DNA of 64,000 bases from Tubiluchus corallicola (taxonomy: Eukaryota; Animalia; Priapulida). Of this stretch, positions 62,001 through 64,000 are shown one piece after another; within the stretch, counting starts at the first letter, position 1, and each line of letters opens with the position of its first letter. The notes beneath the pieces were generated by a model. It was not told the DNA's origin. It saw only the letters and a list, made by a program, of their open reading frames with translations, and did not search any database. Location: assembly GCA_030141605.1 (NCBI GenBank), contig JAQGDQ010000316.1, forward strand, positions 1 to 64,000, given 5' to 3'. The translations under genes were made by a program, and so were the position numbers.

Positions 62001-63630
62001 GTGATTTAGTCATGATATTGTTATCTGACTTCATATTTTTTTCACGAACTGGGGTTGCCACCTTCCCCACTGCTGGTTGCCAGTAAAATCCACTTATGGT
62101 TTCCCATTAATTAACGCAAGTGATGTTATTGCCTGACCTTGGGAAGAGGATCGAAAAATAAAATGTACAAAAAGCTACATCAATGTGATATTGATATCAG
62201 TCTAAGTGCAGGTAGGTAGTGAGCCATATGATAAGATAGGTAGGTCCTCAAACTCTGTCTAAACTTGATATCGTTATATGAGAATGACCCCTAAGCAGAC
62301 ATAAACATAGCAAGCTGATAAAAGGTGCATATAAACATTATACAAAAATAGTAAAAATAAATGCCTATCAAAAAATAATTGGCACGTCATTATAGTAGAA
62401 TACAGTCGACCCTCGTTAAACCGGACCCCGTTAGCCCGGATATCGGATAAGACGGACGTCATCCGTGGTAAAAGAAACTGACAGATTTCCATCCGAGCTC
62501 GAGCGCTAAACACAACGCGGCCTACCAACTGTACAATAATTTCTTGATCCTCACAGGTTAACTATTTTTAAAGTAATATACAGTATAGTATATAGTGTAC
62601 AGTATATAGTGCAATGTATATAGGCCTTATTAAGGTGATTATTCCTGTATAATATAGGCCATATATAGGCATATCGGATAAATCGGACAATCGGCTAAAC
62701 CGGACCACCCACCCCCAATTAGTCCGGTTTAACGAGGGTTGACTGTATAAGTCAATATACAACATAAGTCAAAAAACGACATTTAAGTAAAAGTGAAAAA
62801 TAAAAAAAACAAAAATTGAAGCAGATCATAAGTTGAACTGGAAAACAAGTGGAAGTAAATCAAAGCAGAACGTAAGTCAAATTAGAACATAATGCAAAGC
62901 AGAACGTAAGTCAAAAAAGAACATATTGCAAAGCAGAACGTAAGTCAAATTAGAACATAATGCAAAGCAGAACGTAAGCCAAATTAGAACATAATTCAAA
63001 GCAGAACGTAAGTCAAATTAGAACATAATGCAAAGCAGAACGTAAGTCAAATTAGAACATAATGCAAAGCAGAACGTAAGTCAAATTAGAACATAATGCA
63101 AAGCAGAACGTAAGTCAAATTAGAACATAATGCAAAGCAGAACGTAAGTCAAATTAGAACATAATGCAAAGCAGAACGTAAGTCAAATTAGAACATAATG
63201 CAAAGCAGAACGTAAGTCAAATTAGAACATAATTCAAAGCAGGTAGTAAAACATACCTCAAAGTAGAATGTAAGACAAGAACACAAGCTTAAGTAGATAA
63301 TAAGTTGATGAGAAACTTAAGCCAAAACAGAACACAAATTGAACAACTTACATGAACTTTGATAAGCTTTTGTTGCAGGTTGCTTGCACTGGTTAACTTC
63401 ACACGTTGTGTCACATTTATCCTTGCCGAATCTCCCGTAGGCGTTGCCACAGAAGCACTGGTGCGGAGGAAAATCTTGCAATATCAAGCCAAAGTAAGGG
63501 AAACTTTCTTGGGAACATGTGTCATCGCAAACATCCAACGCCTCATTCTCAGAACCCTTAACTTGAACTGACTTTGGAAAGTCATTTTCATAATTAAAGG
63601 CTGTAGCATAGCAACCAAGATAACTGTAAT
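568..63630 (-). CDS. Polycystin-1/REJ-family (PKD1-like) receptor, partial multi-exon gene: WSCx5-FN3-EGFx13-PKD-REJ; both ends outside window
   Basis: 26 exons with AG/GT (one GC) boundaries join with matching phases into 1559 stop-free codons; WSC, FN3, cbEGF, PKD (WDMGD...HTY) and REJ ([15 protein letters not shown]) motifs recognised by eye. Confidence 0.85.
1068..1566. mobile_element. hAT-type MITE
   Basis: TIR caggggtgtgcaaatt / aatttgcacacacctg; 8-bp TSD gtgtaata/gtgtaatc; gcgggcc subterminal motifs. Confidence 0.85.
2629..2776 (-). CDS. Exon: REJ module ([24 protein letters not shown]...PPPVIEI)
   Basis: tttttcag acceptor, gtaaga donor, 148 nt, phase 1-2. Confidence 0.85.
2801..3760. 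repeat. 20-bp minisatellite, often as 40-bp dimer (actcacaagcttgcacggct/actcaccagcaggcatagct), ~48 monomers
   Basis: Directly visible periodicity. Confidence 0.95.
4458..4798 (+). mobile_element. Tc1/mariner (pogo/Tigger-like) MITE
   Basis: TIR ccgtatttattcgagtataacgcgca, TA TSD; second copy at 21760-22116. Confidence 0.9.
4815..5060 (+). repeat. Interspersed repeat, probable DNA-transposon relic; inverted homologue at ~34760-34970
   Basis: Shared actcacta(a/g)ccaaaaa..cgtattt..aatcttattgacaa...tgctctgattatttt.caaactttac. Confidence 0.55.
5876..9267. repeat. 46-bp satellite, ~74 copies (ccgtcatgaaaatgctattacgactggcttgtatgacgagactcta)
   Basis: Directly visible; very homogeneous. Confidence 0.98.
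9320..9400 (-). mobile_element. Short 5'-truncated retroposon 3' end with (ATG)n tail
   Basis: (cat)n tail, TSD at(g/a)cttacaca; longer copies at 50052-50187 and 52894-53035. Confidence 0.75.
10266..10608 (+). pseudogene. Degenerate hAT/ZMYM1-like transposase N-terminal fragment
   Basis: [19 protein letters not shown]...(frameshift)[10 protein letters not shown]...PEDPAL* resembles the SGAxKRK...SFF...DPALW leader of hAT transposases; stops and frameshift. Confidence 0.5.
13367..13912 (+). mobile_element. 5S rRNA-derived SINE (SINE3)
   Basis: 13367-13486 is a full-length diverged 5S rRNA copy with no T-run terminator; ~420-nt GC-richer body, (caa)n tail, exact 12-bp TSD atatatacttat (13355-13366, 13913-13924). 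Confidence 0.85.
13925..14155 (+). mobile_element. Old LINE reverse-transcriptase fragment (RTE-X-like)
   Basis: Translates [35 protein letters not shown]. Confidence 0.75.
14487..14500 (+). promoter_or_regulatory. Primer-binding site, probably tRNA-Leu
   Basis: tggtgtcagaagtg immediately after the 5' LTR, complementary to tRNA-Leu 3' end ...CACTTCTGACACCA. Confidence 0.8.
14549..18218 (+). pseudogene. Gypsy gag-pol: gag with Cys/His knuckles, protease ([10 protein letters not shown]), deleted RT, RNase H (LQCDSS), integrase (H..H.G..C)
   Basis: 549-aa ORF 14549-16198 followed by multiple stops and frameshifts. Confidence 0.92.
19224..19609. repeat. 33-bp minisatellite, ~12 copies (cccctatgaaaacttaacgaatccgaagccact)
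   Basis: 11-aa periodic spurious ORFs on both strands. Confidence 0.95.
19887..20353. mobile_element. piggyBac-type MITE
   Basis: TTAA|ccctttca ... tgaaaggg|TTAA; internal inverted tatcccacgggacac / gtgtcccatgggata. Confidence 0.85.
20570..21185 (+). mobile_element. CR1/L2-type LINE AP-endonuclease fragment
   Basis: EDLWVEI...GIVYRHPN...GDMNINLL...PTRIT...IDHIYTN...DHLPI with frameshifts. Confidence 0.85.
21760..22116 (-). mobile_element. Tc1/mariner MITE, inverted copy of 4458-4798
   Basis: Same TIRs and internal sequence, TA TSD. Confidence 0.9.
22319..22700. repeat. Compound pentanucleotide microsatellite (ATTGT)n(ACTGT)n(ACTGC)n(ACTAT)n
   Basis: Directly visible. Confidence 0.98.
22816..22910 (-). 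CDS. Exon: REJ module ([31 protein letters not shown])
   Basis: YxWxC REJ motif; tgtgcag acceptor, gtattg donor, 95 nt, phase 2-1. Confidence 0.85.
23316..23518 (-). CDS. Exon: REJ module ([13 protein letters not shown]...[12 protein letters not shown])
   Basis: LDGSxSxDPD REJ motif; atttcag acceptor, gtaagt donor, 203 nt, phase 0-2. Confidence 0.9.
24455..25143 (-). CDS. Exon: PKD domain plus start of REJ module
   Basis: FAWDMGD and [19 protein letters not shown] motifs, YRWKLY and [23 protein letters not shown]-like motifs; tttcag acceptor, gtatgt donor, 689 nt, phase 1-0. Confidence 0.9.
25258..26632. repeat. 20-bp minisatellite (tgttcaacactgttgtttag) with longer 27-bp variant units
   Basis: Directly visible. 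Confidence 0.97.
27459..27572 (-). CDS. Exon: EGF-like module ([37 protein letters not shown])
   Basis: 6-Cys EGF; gttttag acceptor, gtaagt donor, 114 nt, phase 1-1. Confidence 0.9.
28020..28130 (-). CDS. Exon: tandem cbEGF cassette (last copy, ends NCSM)
   Basis: 111 nt, AG/GT, phase 1-1. Confidence 0.85.
28307..28417 (-). CDS. Exon: tandem cbEGF cassette (T>I variant)
   Basis: 111 nt, AG/GT, phase 1-1. Confidence 0.85.
28594..28704 (-). CDS. Exon: tandem cbEGF cassette
   Basis: 111 nt, AG/GT, phase 1-1. Confidence 0.85.
28881..28991 (-). CDS. Exon: tandem cbEGF cassette
   Basis: 111 nt, AG/GT, phase 1-1. Confidence 0.85.
29085..30880 (+). mobile_element. 5'-truncated CR1/L2-group LINE inserted in an EGF-array intron
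   Basis: [23 protein letters not shown] motifs; 3' stem-loop ggggtggc...gccacccc, aataaa, (gattt)n tail; adds exactly 1799 bp to the 287-bp register. Confidence 0.93.
30967..31077 (-). CDS. Exon: tandem cbEGF cassette
   Basis: 111 nt, AG/GT, phase 1-1. Confidence 0.85.
31254..31364 (-). CDS. Exon: tandem cbEGF cassette
   Basis: 111 nt, AG/GT, phase 1-1. Confidence 0.85.
31541..31651 (-). CDS. Exon: tandem cbEGF cassette (A>V variant)
   Basis: 111 nt, AG/GT, phase 1-1. Confidence 0.85.
31828..31938 (-). CDS. Exon: tandem cbEGF cassette
   Basis: 111 nt, AG/GT, phase 1-1. Confidence 0.85.
32115..32225 (-). CDS. Exon: tandem cbEGF cassette with GC donor
   Basis: Same peptide as neighbours; donor reads gcaaac instead of gtaaac. 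Confidence 0.65.
32402..32512 (-). CDS. Exon: tandem calcium-binding EGF cassette
   Basis: [37 protein letters not shown]; AG/GT, 111 nt, phase 1-1. Confidence 0.85.
32689..32799 (-). CDS. Exon: EGF module, diverged edge copy ([37 protein letters not shown])
   Basis: 111 nt, phase 1-1, tatag acceptor, gtaaac donor, in 287-bp register with the array. Confidence 0.9.
   Translation of the reverse strand: MLVIVFLTLVLMVAARLKLMTTPASVMLAILGVTAA
32821..32894 (-). pseudogene. Truncated EGF pseudo-exon ([24 protein letters not shown])
   Basis: Acceptor tacag followed by the first half of a cbEGF, then a stop; second half and donor missing. Confidence 0.7.
33802..33918 (-). CDS. Exon: EGF-like module ([38 protein letters not shown])
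   Basis: 6-Cys EGF; ttccag acceptor, gtaagt donor, 117 nt, phase 1-1. Confidence 0.9.
35110..35320. repeat. Interspersed repeat (possible Kolobok-type end); homologue at ~41245-41452
   Basis: Shared ttttcttcccct..tttac...gacgtcatgtaatgg...gcgggagatttaaaatg...ttcttgtcctttaa. Confidence 0.6.
35580..35720 (+). mobile_element. Possible degenerate tRNA-derived SINE head
   Basis: A-box-like tcagctggcagagc and B-box gggttcaactccc at tRNA spacing; no intact cloverleaf. Confidence 0.35.
36060..36590 (-). mobile_element. CR1/L2-type LINE 3' end
   Basis: WNDINDEL...[14 protein letters not shown]-terminus, 3' UTR stem-loop and A-rich tail on minus strand. Confidence 0.6.
37135..37348 (-). CDS. Exon: FN3 domain C-part (FNLYL...[20 protein letters not shown])
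   Basis: LxPxTxYxxxxxA FN3 motif; tttttag acceptor, gtgagt donor, 214 nt, phase 0-1. Confidence 0.85.
37575..38239. mobile_element. Tc1/mariner-type MITE, old
   Basis: Imperfect TIR cagtaagtgccgcttaatag / ctaataaacagcgcttactg. Confidence 0.6.
38385..38467 (-). CDS. Exon: FN3 domain N-part ([27 protein letters not shown])
   Basis: ttattttcag acceptor, gtatga donor, 83 nt, phase 1-0, bridges the neighbouring exon phases. Confidence 0.75.
39911..40090 (-). CDS. Exon: WSC domain 5, C-half (AFMFAVL..NQCVCS...CDVACGG...[12 protein letters not shown])
   Basis: gtatttag acceptor, gtattg donor, 180 nt, phase 1-1; completes the WSC begun at 43365. Confidence 0.85.
40172..40875 (+). mobile_element. 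5'-truncated RTE-X-like LINE 3' part
   Basis: [20 protein letters not shown]...[12 protein letters not shown]; aataaa and (aaatct)n tail; possible TSD gtatctg(t/c)taa. Confidence 0.75.
41789..42614 (-). mobile_element. Non-autonomous Helitron/Helentron-like element, dispersed copy
   Basis: Reverse complement of the 57348-60535 units; ctagcaaaggctccgc start, no TIR pair or TSD seen. Confidence 0.65.
43234..43365 (-). CDS. Exon: WSC domain 5, N-half ([12 protein letters not shown]...[13 protein letters not shown])
   Basis: Hand translation; tttgtag acceptor, gtaatt donor, 132 nt, phase 1-1. Confidence 0.8.
44709..45702. mobile_element. hAT-type MITE hosting a pogo element
   Basis: TIR tagaggggggagca / tgctcacccc-ta, 8-bp TSD gtgcttgc/gtgcttgg, ttcgaa-rich subterminal repeats. 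Confidence 0.7.
44897..45509 (+). mobile_element. Internally deleted pogo/Tigger transposon with transposase C-terminus
   Basis: Long perfect TIR ccgtattttcccgtgtataagagaccc, TA TSD; [10 protein letters not shown]...WVLKAW...[19 protein letters not shown]. Confidence 0.92.
45774..46061 (-). CDS. Exon: WSC domain 4 (LGCW...[19 protein letters not shown]...CGCGN...CGG)
   Basis: Canonical WSC consensus; gatag acceptor, gtaaga donor, 288 nt, phase 1-1. Confidence 0.9.
46891..47133. repeat. 60-bp tandem repeat x4 inside a MITE-like element (~46550-47400; inverted homologue ~54234-55685)
   Basis: cagtgtatatgacatccgcgtgtcagtgtgagagtgtataaagtggtctctatactttgt repeated. Confidence 0.9.
47612..49918. 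repeat. 39-bp satellite, ~59 copies (gccacgggacagcaacgctatcaagctctgattggtccc); 3 more units at 52641-52760
   Basis: 13-aa periodic spurious ORFs; directly visible. Confidence 0.98.
50052..50187 (-). mobile_element. Short retroposon 3' end with (ATG)n tail (duplicated at 52894-53035)
   Basis: Exact 12-bp TSD attgtaccttac. Confidence 0.8.
50452..52640 (-). mobile_element. 5'-truncated non-LTR retrotransposon with RT, RNase H and CCHC finger (LOA/I-group-like)
   Basis: [27 protein letters not shown]; RNase H YTDGSK...QAEVFAI...SDSQAA...[19 protein letters not shown]; CPKC...H...C; (TAA)n tail; single in-frame TGA at 51986. Confidence 0.95.
52641..53299 (+). repeat. Direct duplicate of ~49799-50451 flanking the LINE
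   Basis: Near-identical ~655-bp blocks on both sides of the LINE. Confidence 0.93.
53706..54026 (-). CDS. Exon: WSC domain 3 (DYEGCF...[16 protein letters not shown]...WCTCGN...[11 protein letters not shown])
   Basis: Hand translation (frame absent from ORF track); ctttttcag acceptor, gtaagt donor, 321 nt, phase 1-1. Confidence 0.85.
54598..54907. mobile_element. Tc1/mariner MITE; inverted copy at 62403-62745
   Basis: TIR (c)agtcaaccctcgctaaaccggac / gtccggtttaacgagggtcaactg, TA TSD. Confidence 0.85.
55976..56118. repeat. (CAA/CAG)n microsatellite
   Basis: Directly visible; intronic. Confidence 0.95.
56930..57060. repeat. 39-bp tandem repeat x3 (ccagacctcgcaatgatagcacactcatatttggttttg)
   Basis: Directly visible. 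Confidence 0.85.
57348..60535 (+). mobile_element. Head-to-tail cluster of Helitron/Helentron-like elements (57348-58140, 58141-58944, microsatellite-filled 58945-59725, 59726-60535)
   Basis: Each begins (c)tagcaaag(g)ccccgcaaaagattttgcg or a close variant; three ~800-bp copies share the whole body; direct abutment. Confidence 0.7.
58984..59575. repeat. (CACCA)n-rich degenerate microsatellite
   Basis: Directly visible. Confidence 0.92.
60715..61059 (-). CDS. Exon: WSC domain 2 (EFRGCW...CLKIC...GQCYCDG...[14 protein letters not shown])
   Basis: ctttttTAG acceptor (exact acceptor slightly uncertain), gtaatt donor, 345 nt, phase 1-1. Confidence 0.8.
62403..62745. mobile_element. Tc1/mariner MITE
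   Basis: TIR cagtcgaccctcgttaaaccggac / gtccggtttaacgagggttgactg, TA TSD. Confidence 0.9.
62862..63242. repeat. 34-bp minisatellite, ~11 copies (gcaaagcagaacgtaagtcaaattagaacataat)
   Basis: Directly visible. Confidence 0.95.
63352..63630 (-). CDS. Exon: WSC domain 1 (YSYLGCY...[11 protein letters not shown]...CFCGN...C)
   Basis: ttcttttcag acceptor, gtaagt donor, 279 nt, phase 1-1, WSC cysteine pattern. Confidence 0.85.
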
Positions 63631-64000
63631 CTGAAAAGAAGCTTGTTCGCCAGTGAAATGAATTCTCACAATAAAAGAAGAGACAGCAATATTTTAGCAC
63701 TGCCTGCCCTAGAGATGGCTGATTGATAGATTAACCGGGAACACAGCCATGTAAAAATCGACATAATCGGCGATCTAACGGTAATTCAATTAACTCAGAT
63801 TAATCGAAAGCATAATATAATTGTTGCACACTGACTAAAATGCAGTATCTTTGTGTTCTTGCGCTCTTTCTTTATGTTTCTGACCTTATACAATGCACAC
63901 AGTTGACAGATAGCAGCACTTAGCCCCGCCCACCTTGATGATGTAACACACCTTCTCAGAAACACTAGTGTTCATTCATGAGGCCATACTCAACGAACAA

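Overview
AT-rich, repeat-dense eukaryotic (invertebrate metazoan-like) genomic DNA. The whole window lies inside one large minus-strand gene that continues past both ends. I could hand-splice 26 exons with consistent phases (4677 nt, 1559 codons) encoding 5 WSC domains, 1 FN3, 13 EGF modules, a PKD domain and the REJ module, i.e. a polycystin-1/REJ-family receptor ectodomain. Ten of the EGF exons are near-identical 111-nt phase-1 cassettes in a homogenised 287-bp exon+intron tandem array; an 11th, diverged exon is in the same register, and one LINE interrupts the array. The introns (one is ~20 kb) hold a degenerate Gypsy LTR element with TSD/PBS/PPT, an RT-RNase H LINE flanked by a ~650-bp duplication, CR1/L2 and RTE-X-like fragments, a 5S-rRNA-derived SINE, many MITEs, Helentron-like elements and several minisatellites. 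Exon coordinates were read by hand and have no transcript support.
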